NCBI GenBank assembly: GCA_973895155.1
Contig: OZ316894.1
Location: 19,970,451-20,034,450, forward strand
DNA: 64,000 nucleotides
Direction: 5' to 3'
Source of the DNA: Marsupella aquatica
Taxonomy: Eukaryota; Plantae; Marchantiophyta
The first letter of the stretch is position 1, and each line of letters begins with the position of its first letter. The position numbers were made by a program, and so were the translations under genes. Positions 27,010-40,460 of this stretch are shown piece by piece. The notes under the pieces are model-generated. The model did no database searches. It saw nothing but the letters and a program-made list of their open reading frames with translations, and was not told the origin of the DNA.

Positions 27010-28973
27010 TTTGGATAATTTTCCTTTGTGTGAAATGAACGGTCCTGTGTGAGATATCTTGTCCTACAGGCTGTCAACCAGATATGCGCCACTGCCAAGT
27101 CAGAAATTAAGCATTGCACGTGATAGGGCAAGCGTTTACACGCGCAACACATCAATCTGAGAGCAAAAAAATTTCAGTAAAATAAAAATCAAAGTGTTTC
27201 TTCAATGACTAGAGCTGCCTCTTCAGCTTACTAGCGAGACAGCTTTTGCACATAAAAATGCGGAACGAACTGACGTTTCAAGATTCTTTGGATACTTCTT
27301 GAATGTAAACCGTGGACAAGTTGTTCGGGGAGACCTACAATCCGTACATGCTTTGGAGACCACGTGATTTATACAACATCTTAGGAAAATTCAGTGCTGT
27401 AGTGTAATTGACGTGTTTTTCAACTCGGCGAGGGTGGGGCTCAGCGTTTTGCTTCCATACTGCCCTGCATCTCGGGCACAGAAACTCAATTTCGCTTTGA
27501 GGGAGCGCTCGAATTTAAAACTTCTGGCCAAGACTAGCGGAAAGAGTTCTCTAGATTTGAAAGACAGGCGACCTCCAGGCCGAACAACTTATCTTGCCCC
27601 TTTTCTCCAGGCATCGGAGACAAGTTTCAGGAAATATCGGGGTAAAATTAAGAAGATTGATTACACAACTTCCTCTTCAATTCTGCACCTAGATTTACCT
27701 CCGAGCTGCGCTACTAGAATTAGAAAGAAAACAAACTCAGAACAGCAGAACAGCGGAACTGTAGTAGCTGTCGAGATGTCAGCTGCTGGGGCAGAGCAGA
27801 ACCTCTCGAGGATCGACTTTGCGCAGATGGCCAATTCACAAGGTGTTTAAAAATGATGAACAAAAAAGAGTCTCGACTTTTGACTCAGCGGAAGTTGAAC
27901 TTGCGAGTCCTCTCCCGGGAAGAATGCTGCTTGGGTAAACTCTCAGCAAAAAGCTCTCCTCGATGTGCCACCTTGGCACATGATAGGCATCCAGTATTAG
28001 TAGCAGCAACTACTCTCAAGCACATCGTGATGAGCCTGCGTGCAGTGCCCGCATTTCATCTTGAAGCTATTTCTCGACTCATACACGTTAGAAATAATGA
28101 AAAGTAGGCCTAGCTATTGGTGCTGCCCGACAAGGTTGGGAAGAGTGCGAACGTTTCAATGCTGCGACAATTTAGCTGGCAAGGGACATCCAATTTCAGA
28201 TCCTGAGTCCTTACCTATGTTTTCTGTTGCTAACTGTTCCGGCCAATGCCCTTGATCAATTTGAGCTGCCCGTGCCGACAACAAAACGAATGAGAAGAAT
28301 TTCAGCTCGTATCGCGAATGAAGGCGATCAGCGATTCTCGATTCCTACTATCCTCAGTTCCATGCAAACCCGAATTCCACAACGGCTCAAATGTTGCGCA
28401 TCTCATCAAATGCCTTTGCAGCACGTGAAATTCAACCACTCATCAACCAAGGGAAGAATCTCCAATCTCATCTCATTACGTTTCGCCTGGCTTCCTCAGT
28501 TCGTCCCGGAGCAACTGCCATGAAGCTGGCAGTTCTCCACACTCTCCGGCTCGCTTCTCGCCCCGTGCAACCACAACTCCCTGTCCTATTTGCATATCTT
28601 CCTCCTCTGCCAATCGTCACACGCCAATCCTGTTTTCCACAGCAATCATTTTCCCATTCCTCTAATTCCTTCGCCTCCCTCTCGATCATCAACCTCTCGT
28701 CGGTTTCAAATGCAATCCAATCGCTCATTCAATGCATCGGTGGAAGAAACGCCTAATTTCCGATCCTAGTCACGCCGTTCTCACCTTGCTCGTCTGGCTA
28801 ACCCAATCCACGCCACTCTCGTCAAGATCGAAAGGCGGACCTAAGAGGAGAGAACAGACGGCAATATTCCACGAGGAGGTACAACTCCATCGATCACGCC
28901 CCATTGTTTTCATATCAGACTTCTTCACTCCAGTGTGTGCCTTCTCCTCCTCAACCAAAGCTTGCCCCCTCGC

Positions 28974-29110
28974 CGTAACTTTTTGTATTTTCACCACCCC
29001 GCGATTCCTCCGCCCTTCCATTTACTTTACCCTTTTTCACCCCTTCGTAGTAACGTTTCGTATTTTCACCAGCCCGCGATACCCGCGCCTTTCTATGATC
29101 CACTTTTTCA
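28974..29110. repeat. Imperfect direct repeat, ~75-bp period
   Basis: GTAAC(T/G)TTT(T/C)GTATTTTCACCA(C/G)CCCGCGAT occurs twice. Confidence 0.6.
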
Positions 29111-30031
29111 CCTCCCGTCAAACGACTCGGCCCCAACGGCCCGCCCGTGATATCCAAGTTTCACCCGCTTTCATGCACCTACGTAGCTGGGCCCGCCCGT
29201 GATGTAGGACCGCGTACCGCTCGGTAAGTCAGCCCAGTCACGTAGGAACATGGGTAGTAACGAGTCTCTTGAACGGAGGATGACACGGTGTAAGAGGATG
29301 GTAACGTTTGGCCACGCGGCCGAGTCTCCAAAGGCAAGGAGGATGGGCCCATGTTTGTCCTCCTCCACTCGCCTGATGCCACGTATGCTCCGGGTGGGTC
29401 CATGGGAGCATTCGTTCTGGTCGAATCAAAACAAGAGACCACAAGAAATATTTGATAGGACCCCAAAATGCAAAATGTTTTTAGATGGACCCATGAGTGA
29501 TCCTGACCATAGATCTCAAATCAATGTACCCAAAAGCTCATGGGGTCTACCAAGTAAAACATTTCAATTTATGGGTTTATCAAATATATCTCTCAACAAG
29601 AAGCCCCCATGGGCCACAATCTTTGAATAACAATGTGATACACTGCTGTAACCAGGATAGACCATTCTCAAACATTGGTTCTAAAGTGTTCTGTTTGGTT
29701 TTGAGAGGATCCTGAGCTCGGTGCTGGCCGGGTTCTTGGGCTCCCTGGCCCAATGAGGTGGATGTTGGTTGAATTGGCTCTGGTAGCGTTTAGGTGTTTA
29801 GGTTTTTGTAGAACTGGCTCTGGTGGCCCGGCTGCGGCCTTTGTGCTCTGGTGTGCTCCCGATAAATTGGGATTCTTGGCTCTTTGTGCTGCTTGCTTCC
29901 CCCCCGCCGTGGGGTTTTCGCGGTGCTAAATGTTATAAAAACAAAGAAAATTCCCCAGGAAAGTGGCTAGTTAGTGATCAAATTAAAAAAGAGAAAATTT
30001 ACCAGATTATTTTTATAAGCTATGAAAATTA

Positions 30032-30900
30032 CTAGCCCTATGCCCGTGCGTTGCACGAAAGATGTCGAGGTGATAAAAAGATGTCGAGTGATACAAAGAT
30101 GTCAAGGTGATAATAAGATGTCAAGTGATAAAGAGATTTCAAGGTGATACAAAGATGTCGAGGTGACACAAAGATGTCGAGGTGACACAAAGATGTCAAG
30201 GTCATAAAATGACGATGTGAGAAAAATATGTCAAAGAGAGAAAACTACTAAGGTGAGCAAAAGATGTTGAGATGAGCAAAGGATGTTCATGAGAGAAAGA
30301 TGAGGAGAGATTTTGAGATAAAAAAAATGTTTGTTTAGGCAAGGCACAAATGTCAAGGCGATAAACAATGTCATGCGATAGAGTAAACATGATGAAGATG
30401 AAATACATAAGATAATACAAACATGAGTACATGTTGAATACATTAATACAATGCTCACGCAAACTTCATTCATGTTCAATAAAGAACTTCATCATATATA
30501 ACAGTTTCGGTCAACCTTGCAAGACTCTCCTTGGAATCTAGAAGCAAAACCTTAATGTCTGTGCGTTGCACAAAAGATGTCAAAGTGAAGGAAAGGTGTC
30601 AAGGTGAGGACAAAGTGTTGAAGGGAGCAAACAATGTCAAGGAGAGGGAAAGATGTCAAGGTGACACAAAGATGTCCAGGCGATGCAAAGCAATGTAGGT
30701 GAGTGTTGCACAAAAGATTTCAAGGCAAGGAAAATATGTAAAGGCAAAGTCAAGGTGAGGAAAGTATGTTGAGGGAGGAAACAATGTTGAGGTGAGGAAA
30801 AGATGTCAAGGCGAGGAAAAAATTTCAACTAAGGAGCGACAAAGATGTGAAGGCAACGCAAATGAATTTGGGCGAGCTCATTCTCCTTGCATTGCACCAA
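30032..30900 (-). mobile_element. Non-autonomous Helitron 3' end with internal ~20-bp minisatellite
   Basis: Minus strand reads CGTGC-AAC-GCACG hairpin, then GGCATAGGG-CTAG|T at 30032, the canonical plant Helitron 3' terminus. A degenerate second terminus lies at ~30538-30572. Many AAAGATGTC(A/G)AGGTGA-type units span 30058-30860. The 5' TC end was not located. Confidence 0.75.
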
Positions 30901-31960
30901 AAACATTGTTGTGCAAAAGATGTCATTGTACAAAAACATTGTTGTGCTAAGGATCATATGCACAAAAGATGTCGTTGTGGAAACAATATTGTTAACAAAA
31001 GATGTTTGTTCTTCATTCCAAATGTCGGGGGTGCTTGGAAATCTCGTGAATTTGATCTTGAGCGGCTTAATGATCTTGCACGGTGTCGGTCAATCTTTCT
31101 TGACAATTTCTTGTACGAATTAAGAGTGCCAGACAATGCAAGACCTCATGCGGCCGATGGTTGTCTCAATCATCTGCTACCAACATAATTTTTCTTATCA
31201 TCCTTGTCTGTTTCTTCTTATGGAGAATTTTAATCTCATGATCCCCAATTTTCATCTCGACATCCTCATCATTGGCCCCTGCCATCATTGCGCTTCTGGT
31301 AAGCGTTTCTCTCGCTATTCTCTACTCAATTGAATCAGAATTCAGAATGAGGGTGGGCCTACTACTAAATGCACAACCGGTTACTCTAGGTAAATAAAAT
31401 GGTTATTCTAAATAAATGTACATCATGTTTTATGGCATGGCGTCCTTAATTTTACCAAAAACTTGCAACAAACACGAAACGTGGAGTAATTTTATTTTGG
31501 AAACCAATCCGTTCCTATTTGCAGCGCACTATGATGATGTGGCGTGCTATGGAGTCTTGAATTTTGGAAAGGACCTCTAATGGGGTCCGTAAATACGCTC
31601 TAATTAGCCCCATAATTACTGTACCTTCAAGTACAATTGCCCACAAGTGTAAACCATTAAATGGTCAACATTAAATGGTCAAGTGTGCCTTGGAAGTAGT
31701 ACTTTGGCCTTACTTACCTTTGCATGTGAAATAAAGAGGGGAGACAAAGGGATGATTCTGGTATATCTAGTGGTCATTAAAAATTGTCTTTTCAATGGAT
31801 GATCTAGATTTGTTCCCGCCTTTTTAGATTTTTGTAAGCAGACAAAGCCCAGAAATGGGCGAGATTGCATATTATAGTAACTTGATTAAATAAATGTTCG
31901 TACTTGGTGAAATTTACAAAAGTATCCATCTGATAACTACCTTCTCAAAGTCACTGTTCC

Positions 31961-32299
31961 TGTTGAGCATAGACGACAATCGTAACGGCAAGCCCATGAA
32001 CCATCCAACGCACAAGAGTCGACACAGAGAGATATGTGGTTCACTTCCTCATTAGGCTACGTCTACGGGAACACATAAGAGCTTTACTGCACTCTAGGTC
32101 GACTGGCCATACCAAGCATCCACAGCGCAAACTCTCTCTATCTCTCAACTAGCTCCGTAACAATGAGCCTGAGTTTCCACTCTCCAAGCAAACACCGCTT
32201 GGTTATAGAGTGTGCACAACATGACTAACCTAACCAAGTTTGCGACTAGCCTTAACTACGGTACATTCGTAACTCTAGACCTAAGAGTAAATCCTAACA
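31961..32299. mobile_element. Solo LTR (339 bp), probably Ty1/Copia
   Basis: Starts TGTTG and ends TAACA; perfect 5-bp TSD GTTCC at 31956-31960 and 32300-32304; internal GTGGTTCAC..CTACGTCTACGG resembles Copia LTR motifs. Confidence 0.85.
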
Positions 32300-32729
32300 G
32301 TTCCATCCTCTCTTTCATTACATAGGGTTCAAGCATTTCCTCATTTGCTCTTGAGTACAGAGGCTATTGATTTGAGGGCTCTATACATGTTTATCTTAGT
32401 GATCCTCATATGCATTTATTTCTAAGGTTTATGGGTCTCTTTAATTTATTGTTAAATAGTGTTCATATTAATATCTTGTAGTGGACTCTTGGGCACTTTG
32501 ACTCTATAGTCTAAATGTGTTTTTCTCAAATTTTTCCTCTTTATTGGGTCTCTTGTCTTGGGCCATGTTTCACACTTTGACTTTTTTGTTCTTTGGAAAT
32601 GTTATATATATCTCTGTTGGCACAAAAGAATGAAATCTTTATGGTGATATTTTTGCTGCACTCTCAAATGGCCATCATCAGTGTGGCAAAGAACAATTGC
32701 ATGTTGGAAAGATAGGAGGCATATTTGTG

Positions 32730-33697
32730 GAGAAAGTTGTGGGGTGGCTGGACCTTTCCAAAGGTGAGATTTTTTGTCTGGCGGATTGTCCAACATGGGT
32801 TCTTCACCAATCATTGGGGTAGGCTTTGGGGGATCAGTGATGGAGTGTGCCCAAGGTGCAAGACCCAGACCGAGACCACGGAACATCTGTTCTTCAGCTG
32901 CAGGCATGTGTAGCACAGATGGCAACTTCTGCACCAACTGACCACTTCGAAAACTTGTTTGACATTGGGCCAAGGGGGCTCATGGATATGATCAAGCAAG
33001 CAATGAGGAAACAGAAAACTAACCCTGGCCCGCTAATTGTGATTCAAGAAATGTGCATTGTCTTTTGGAATGAACGCAATGCTACTGTGTTTGACCAGAC
33101 TACAGGGAAAATCTCAATTAGGGAGATCCTGCATAGGACTGAACAACATCTAAGACACATGCTTAGCTCCAGTACCTCACCGAAGAAGAGTAGGCAGATC
33201 GCGAGAACCCTGCATGAGCTGAGTGACATCCTTCCAACTATGGAACAAATGGGAATGGGCCAGGACACTGAAAATGATATTTCTTATGAATGAATACACC
33301 TGCAACTGGCTGCTCTTGGTGCTTGACCCGGGGCTGGATGGGACTCTGTGATTGAGCTCACATGGGATTAACCTGGAAGTTCAGAGAAGACAATTTGGTT
33401 TATTAGGAGACAGTCATCTCTCCTACCATATGATGGACAACATTAGATTTTGGGGTCATAGATTTAGACTGATTTCTACTAGACTGGAGCGTAGACTGGT
33501 CTCTAGTGAGATGAGGTATGGATCTATTGTTCCATGTGGCTAGCTTTGGCTGGTGGTTGGGGGGGGGGGGGGGGGTAGGACTAGGGGCACCTTCCTCTCC
33601 TTGTGTGTTTGCTCTGTCATTTCGCCCAGGCGGGTTTTACCTCCAGTGTTAATTGATGGGGCCTGGCCCTCCCTTTGAAAAAAGAAAAGAAAAAAAT
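32730..33697 (+). mobile_element. 5'-truncated L1-type LINE insertion (zf-RVT region, 3' UTR, A-rich tail)
   Basis: WRKLWGGWTFPKVRFFVWRIVQHG..CPRCKTQTETTEHLFFSC (zf-RVT) and FWNERN; G-run ~33559-33575; A-rich tail 33678-33696; 14-bp TSD GAGGCATATTTGTG at 32716-32729 and 33698-33711. Confidence 0.9.
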
Positions 33698-34519
33698 GAG
33701 GCATATTTGTGAACTTTGAGGGCACTTTGGCAAATTCCTGAAGGTAATTTGTTTGATAAATTTACCTTTAAAAAATGCATTGAAATTTATGTTTTTAGTT
33801 TGGTGCTCAATAGACTCTATTTCTTTTGCAATTGCATGGGAATCCCAGGGTTTCTCCTTTGTCGTACGTGGCAGTCTCTGGGATCCTTTGTCCCCGTTTG
33901 GCACTCTATATTCTTAAGGCAGTTTGATGTTATATATAGTGTTGCCATATTAATATCCTAAAAAGAGCAAAGAACAAACAAGATTGTGCACTTATGGAGG
34001 GTGCACTGAGATAGACAGGACTTTACTCGCCTACTCTTGTACTACCATGAGTTTTGCCTTTAACCGATAGCTGACCCATCAAACACATGATACACAATCA
34101 ACTCTGGAGCATGCATCTCTGTAAAATAGTCCACATGGGTCATACCTACTGTCTTCCCCCTTACAGAGTGCCTGGGCATTGTGTTCAAAAATGAATTTTT
34201 GTAGGTCTCTATAAGAAAAAAATATTTTTTCTTCAACCACTCTTCAACCACAACATTACTTTAACACAGCACTCGGGCATTGTATTTGAGTTGGACCCTA
34301 AATTGTTCTACATTGAGCACAAATAGTAAAAGATTCAAGAATCATATTTCAATGTCAACATTCAAACATAACGTCAATATTCGAACACAACCCTCATTTT
34401 AAAACACAATGCCCTACAAATACAAAAAAATGAAAAGACATAGTCAAAACTTGGAATACAACAACCCAGGCGCACTATTCCAATAGAGCACCCCATGGCC
34501 CACTATTCAAATACAAGGC

Positions 34520-34790
34520 CATGGTTTTGTGTTCGGGGGAAGAGGGTAGGACCAGGAGGGAAAGAGGGTTGAACCCGAGCATGCACCTCTCTAGGGTAGT
34601 CCACAAGGGGGCCCATACCAAGGACTAGGAGGGGGAGGTTGGATCAGAGTCCCAAAGGGGACAAGCAAGGGGCTAAGGGGACTCGCACAAGTACATCCCA
34701 CTCACATTCGTTTGGATGTGGAGGAATGATTGAACCTGGGACCTCTCGATTTTAGGCAGATCCCTTGGCCAAGTGCTCATTGTTAGTTGG
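34520..34790 (-). mobile_element. Possible tRNA-derived SINE-like remnant
   Basis: The minus strand has a B-box-like CCAGGTTCAATC at ~34728-34739. A GAGCATGCA.CTCT..TAGTCCACA..CATACC segment is shared with ~34106-34146. No TSD seen. Confidence 0.3.
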
Positions 34791-34884
34791 TTCCGCATCT
34801 ACTGGAATACCAGGAGATCAGTCGTATTTGGAGTTCAAAGCCTGGATGATTGCGAGGAAGGGAGCGACAAGTATGGAGTGGGGT

Positions 34885-34893
34885 TTAGGGTTT
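34885..34893 (-). promoter_or_regulatory. Telo-box (AAACCCTAA) upstream of the ribosome-biogenesis helicase
   Basis: TTAGGGTTT within GGGTTTAGGGTTTAGG, ~400 bp 5' of the ATG. Telo-boxes are enriched near plant translation and ribosome-biogenesis genes. Confidence 0.5.
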
Positions 34894-35285
34894 AGGATTG
34901 CGAGGATTCTCACTACTGATTCTCGTTTACTGCCAGTGTGTTGGTGAAGTTTCCTTTTTTGGTAGAGTCGTGAACCTTCTCTCCGAATATGATGATTTGC
35001 GCATCTAGGACCAGGACGGTCGTTCTTATTTGGGAATTCTGAGCCTGGAGAGTTCGAACTTCCTGCCGTTTCTGTGGGAGCGGAAGCATTCAATCAGGGT
35101 TTCGGGTTTGGGAATTCCAGGATTTTCGTTACTGCTCCTGGTTTACTGCCACATTGCTGTTCTTGAGGTTACCATGGCTTGGGCGATAATTCTCAATTGG
35201 GATCCCTGAATCTGGAGGATGGTGGTGTATTGCTTCGATTGGGAATAAAGAAATCGGGGTAGGATTTGGGAGGACAGCGGTAATC

Positions 35286-38200
35286 ATGGGAGGTGGCACA
35301 AAATTTAGGGATTTGAAGCCGGAGCTCTCGAAGCAGACACTGGCTGTTTTGGACGGACAGGGTTTCGTCACAGCCACTCCGGTGCAGGTCGCCACTATAC
35401 CTTTGCTGTGCAGCTACAAGGATGTGGCTGTCGATGCTGCCACCGGATCGGGCAAGACGCTTGCCTTTGTAGTACCGATCGTGGAAATTCTTCGACGTCT
35501 TTCGGAGCCTCTGAAGTCAAACCAGGTTTACTTCGATGCTTTCAGGTTGAGGATTTTAGTTTTGAAAAAATCCTTGTGCAAGGTTTGTCTGTTTCTTGAG
35601 ATAAGTGATTGGTTCATTTCTCTGTCTTGTGAATGTCGAACATGAATGACCATGCGATTCTTGTGATGAGTCCAAGTTTGACTATGGCGCTCATGAAACT
35701 TATAAATCTCTTTATCAGGTTGGTGCAGTAGTCATTTCCCCAACCCGTGAGTTGGCATCACAGATTTTTCATGTAGCAGAGCCATTCATCGCGACTTTAC
35801 CCAAGATTGGAGTAGCCTTGCTGGTGGGAGGAACAGATGTCAACGCTGACGTGGCCAATCTGAAGGAGAATCGAGCAAATGTGTTGATCGGGACGCCAGG
35901 CCGCCTTGAAGACGTTATGGATCGATCTTCATTTTTGGATTTGTGCAATCTCGAGGTCCAATCTGCCACATTCTGAAAACAATTCTAGGCTGGGGCATTT
36001 TCGTCAATTACTTATGTCGCAAAAGCTCTGGTGAATGTGTACAATGTGGCCCTCGAATTTTCTGCATAACAAATAAATTGAATTTCTTCTCTTGCCTCCT
36101 GGAAATTAAGGTCATAAGTTTATCAAGTCACGAATTTTGGTGCACCAGTGAATTCGTTGCGAGTCTAAAGCGACGAATATGTTATGTTCTAATGGTCAGG
36201 TGCTTATTCTTGACGAGGCTGATAGGCTATTAGACATGGGGTTTAAGCGACAGCTATCAGTGATTCTCGATCGGTTCCCGAAGCAGCGGAGGACAGGCCT
36301 GTTTTCTGCGACGCAGACGGAGGCTGTGGAGGAACTTGCCAAGGCTGGGCTGAGAAATCCTGTGCGTGTGGAAGTCCGTATAGAAACAAAGTCTTTGTCA
36401 TCAGGCGCTGTGGGCAATCAGAAAACACCATCAACGCTTACTACTCAGGTAGTGGATTCATCTGGACCAGATGAGACTCATTCGGTGTACTGAGACGAAG
36501 TTTACTGACATATCTCTGATCTCAAAATCGCAACGATGCTGTTACATGTTAGTCTTGTGGAAGTAGGGTACCCTCTTGCATTCTCGTCTCCTACATGCCT
36601 AATGACGCAGTAATTTGATATAATGCTCTGGATGTTTAACAGTTCGCAATAGTCGACGCCGATCAGAAGCCTTCTCAGTTGGTGAGCTTCTTAAGAAAGC
36701 ACACCACAAGCAAGGTTATTGTGTGAGTTTTTCAAAGCTTTTACTTGCCGAAAGGTTTTTCGTTGCTTCTACATCGAATTACAGCTTTGGACTACCTCAC
36801 AGGATAGATTCCATAGAAACGCAAGGGAATTCATGAGCTTTTTCAGAAAAATGTCTCTCTGCTTTAATCCATAATAACGTACTTCAGAATCACTTATTTG
36901 CTTTGGCCTTGGTGCAACAGATATTTTATGACCTGTGCATGTGTTGACTATTGGGGAACTGTGCTGCCCCAACTGAAGGCATTGAAGGCTGTCTCTATTA
37001 TATCGCTTCATGGGAAGATGAAACAGGTATCTTGAGTCTCGAATCGAATAACTTAGATTCCGTTTGAAAATTGCTTAGGGCTTGAGAAAGCTCTATCTAT
37101 GTTGGTTTTGCTCGTTTTAGGGTTTAGCGTTTGATACAGTGGGTTGAATTGTATGCAGGTTGCCCGGGAAAAGGCTCTGGCCACTTTTTCTGAAATGGAT
37201 GCCTGTGTTTTGTTTTGTACCGATGTTGCAGCCCGGGGCCTAGATATTCCAGGTGTTGATTGGATTATTCAGGTATGGCATGAAGCTGCGTAGATTCATT
37301 TTGCCAGTCACTCTCACGGATTTTATCTGAAGAAATTTTCTTATGTCATCAGTCGTGCGGAATTAATAATCTGTCCCATGAAATGGTTTTTGCAAATTGT
37401 CCTCATCTAATAAACTATTTGAAGCTCGCTCTAGTAGAATATAGCAAGAGAGGAGAATGCATGAAAGCAGCGACAGCTGCAAAGTTTTCTAACCATGAAA
37501 AGCTACTGAAGAGCCATTTTTTATCGTGTAGTTTGATCCTCCTCAAGATCCAAGCGTGTTTGTTCATCGAGTAGGCCGCACAGCTCGAATGGGTCGTTCT
37601 GGCAATGCGCTCGTTTATCTTCTGCCCAAGGTTAGTGCACTCTGAATTAGTTTTATCATTCCTTCTATATCAACCTACCCCACTCCACATCAAAGCCTTT
37701 CCTGAAACTGTAAACACTGAATGTATGGTTCCTGTCTCATATGACAGAGCATGGAGTCAGAAGCGTGCTTTGAGTTGGACCATATCAGAAAAAAAATTCA
37801 ATATTCATTCGTCGTCTCTCACAAATTGTAAACTACCGGGAAATTAGCTCTTGAAAACTTTTTTTAGGTTGGGATACGCTGGACATTTGAAGTAATGTTG
37901 CTGGCCTGATACCAATTTCTTCCTGTCGGTATGTTTTGCAGGAAGATACATACGTAGAATTTCTACGCATTCGGAAAGTGCCCATTGAAGAGCGACCCCC
38001 TGTTAAAACCAAGCTAGACATAGGGCCTTTTGTAAGTTCATCTCCTAGGTGCTCAATTCCACAAGGCTGATATTGAGGATGCCGTAGGAGTTTAGTATGT
38101 TTTTTTGATGTCATTTGACTACGCATGGCATATTTGTGATGTATCAAATGCTCCATTCTACAGTTGAGGGCAGCTGCCCAAGAGGACCGAGATATCATGG

Positions 38201-39245
38201 AGAAAGGATTGAGGGCATTTGTTTCCTATGTGCGTGCCTACAAAGAACATCAGTGCACTTACATCTTTCGGTAAGGCCTATGCTGTTGTTTGAACGCCGA
38301 TGCTTTGGTTGTTGTGAACAGTTTTTCTCATTTCCGAATTTTAAAGTACTCGTTGAGTTCTACCATTGTCCCTTCGGGATCCCTGAACATGAAGTCAATA
38401 TGTACGTTCAGATGGAAGCAATTGGAGGCAGGAAAGGCTGCAATGGGTTATGGATTGTTACAACTACCAACCATGACTGAATTCAAGCGAGGTGCCCTGT
38501 CAGCTGATAATTTCACACCTGTTCAAGGGGTTGATCTTTCAGCCATTTCATACAAGTAAGAAAGACGCCTATTCCTTGTAGCTGTTTCGGAAGTGTATGT
38601 GAGCTTCATACTGATGGTTTCGAGTATTGACTAATGTCAGTCCGTTGTGCCAGATTATCAATTCGACGAGAATGGTAATTTCTACTATGATTACGAACCC
38701 CAAGAACATTGATATGTCTTTAGATATGAAATCTCCGGGGTGTTTCCTCATGTAACCCTTGTATGTGGTATCTCAGAGACAAACTTCGTGAGAAGCAGCG
38801 ACTTAAGAATTTGTCTGTCAAGCTGCAAAATAAAGAAAGCGCACATGCGGCTGTAAGAAGGGACAAGAAGTCAAGGGTTGGTGCGACTGTTCAACCTACA
38901 GTAGAGCGGAAAAAGGACAGCAAGAAGCGGCGAGCCACTCAGGAGAGGAAGGATGATGAGGACATGGAAGAAGATTACAGGCTGCTGAAGAAGTTGAGGA
39001 AAGGGAGAATAAGTCGAGATGAGTTTGAAAAAGCATTAGATCCTGATCTGCATGATTTTACCCAAACGAAGAAGGCAGTTAGACAAACAGGCCCTAATGA
39101 AGTGACTTCATATGATGATGAAAAACAGCTGAAGCAAAGTAACTCGTTGAAAGGCTCGCACGGCAGAAAGATGGACTCAATATCTAGACTGTTTCCTCAG
39201 AAGGGTCGTAATAGGAATGTAGGACCCAAGGGGAGGGCAAGTTAG
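35286..39245 (+). CDS. RH18: DEAD-box ATP-dependent RNA helicase 18 (DDX55/Spb4 orthologue), 11 exons
   Basis: Exons ~35286-35525, 35719-35955, 36200-36448, 36643-36722, 36922-37026, 37159-37272, 37532-37630, 37942-38032, 38164-38270, 38412-38555, 38777-39245. Motifs [41 protein letters not shown]; Spb4-type [12 protein letters not shown] and [13 protein letters not shown]. Confidence 0.95.
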
Positions 39246-40129
39246 TCTATTTTGCGATTCAACTTCCCATCCTCAAGTTTTGTAGTGTAGCAAGCGGCTA
39301 AGTAGTTCCAAGGTGTATGAAATCAACTTGGTCTGTACCATGGTGAGAGCTAAAGAGAATCAGCATCTATTATTTTACTCTTTCTCTTCTTGTTACAGTG
39401 AGTGAATTGGAATGTCATTGCAAGGCTGGTATAGTTTCGTGAAAAGCTTACCTGATCCACTTCCCGTATGGGGGACGAAGGACCAAGACAAGTATTCTGG
39501 AATCTTCGAAATTGCAACTCTGAAGAACTCAGTGCAAACTAGGATAATTACACAAATCTAGGGGTGGTACGGTTCATCCAAATGAACAGATGCTCAGTGG
39601 GTGTTCGTAGCATACAGATGATGCCGTGAGTAGTTCCAGATGATGATGTTTCCACTTGGGTTCTACCTTTACTCCAACTTGAATCGAATCATTCAGGAGC
39701 TATGGTCGATGGTTGGAGCAGCAGACTCATCGATCGTCTCAGAAGCTGCGCAGGGAAAATCACTGCCACATTTGAGGGCCAGGTGGAACATGAAGGAAAG
39801 AGATACGAACGGATCAAGCCGAGCAAATGGGAACCGGGAGTGTGTCCCCAAAATGAGGTCAAGTGATGTCCGTAAATATGAAGAGAAAGTGCAAACTATT
39901 TCCATCACTTCCTATTTCTCTTTTCAAGCACAGACTCTTAGAATCCGACACAGATTCTCTTTCCAAAAAATTGGACCTCTGGGTAAAGATAGATTCTCGT
40001 CAAAAAATCTGAATCTCTAGACCAAATTTCTCAAACACTGACTGAAAAAACTCTCTTCAAAAATAAGATTCTCATATAAATCAACTAACAAGGGACATTC
40101 ATTATTGTGAAGGGTGCCCTAAGTACTTC

Positions 40130-40460
40130 CCTTTTGTGGAAGGACACCCTTAGTACTTTGAGCATGACCAACGACTTAGCACTTTGGGGAAGGGCACTTC
40201 ACTTTTGTAGAGTATGCCCTGAGTACTTTGGACATGACGACTTACCACTTTGGGGAAGGGCACTTCACTTTTGTAAAGTATACCCTGAGTACTTTGGGCA
40301 TGACCAACGACCTACCACTTTGGGGAAGGACACTTCACTTTTGTAAAGGGAGCCCTAGGTACTTTGGGCATGAGCAGCCACTTATTGCTTTGGGGAATGA
40401 TGTTGCACTTTTATGAAAAACACCCTCAATAGCTTGTGCATGAGCAGCAATTTACCACCT
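40130..40460. repeat. Tandem repeat, ~70-bp unit, ~4.5 copies
   Basis: Repeated CACTTTTGTA..CCCTGAGTACTTTGGGCATGACCAACGAC..CCACTTTGGGGAAGG(G/A)CACTT, decaying toward the 3' end. Confidence 0.85.

Noticed and set aside
27413-29630. Cluster of overlapping 70-156 aa ORFs
   Set aside because: No domain recognised; ORFs overlap on both strands and include repeat-derived sequence.
29715-29950. GT-rich segment ending in an A-rich tract, like a LINE 3' UTR
   Set aside because: No coding remnant or TSD found to support it.
30058-30860. CRISPR-like appearance of short repeated units
   Set aside because: Units are contiguous and degenerate without unique spacers, no cas genes are present, and the context is eukaryotic; better explained as a Helitron-associated minisatellite.
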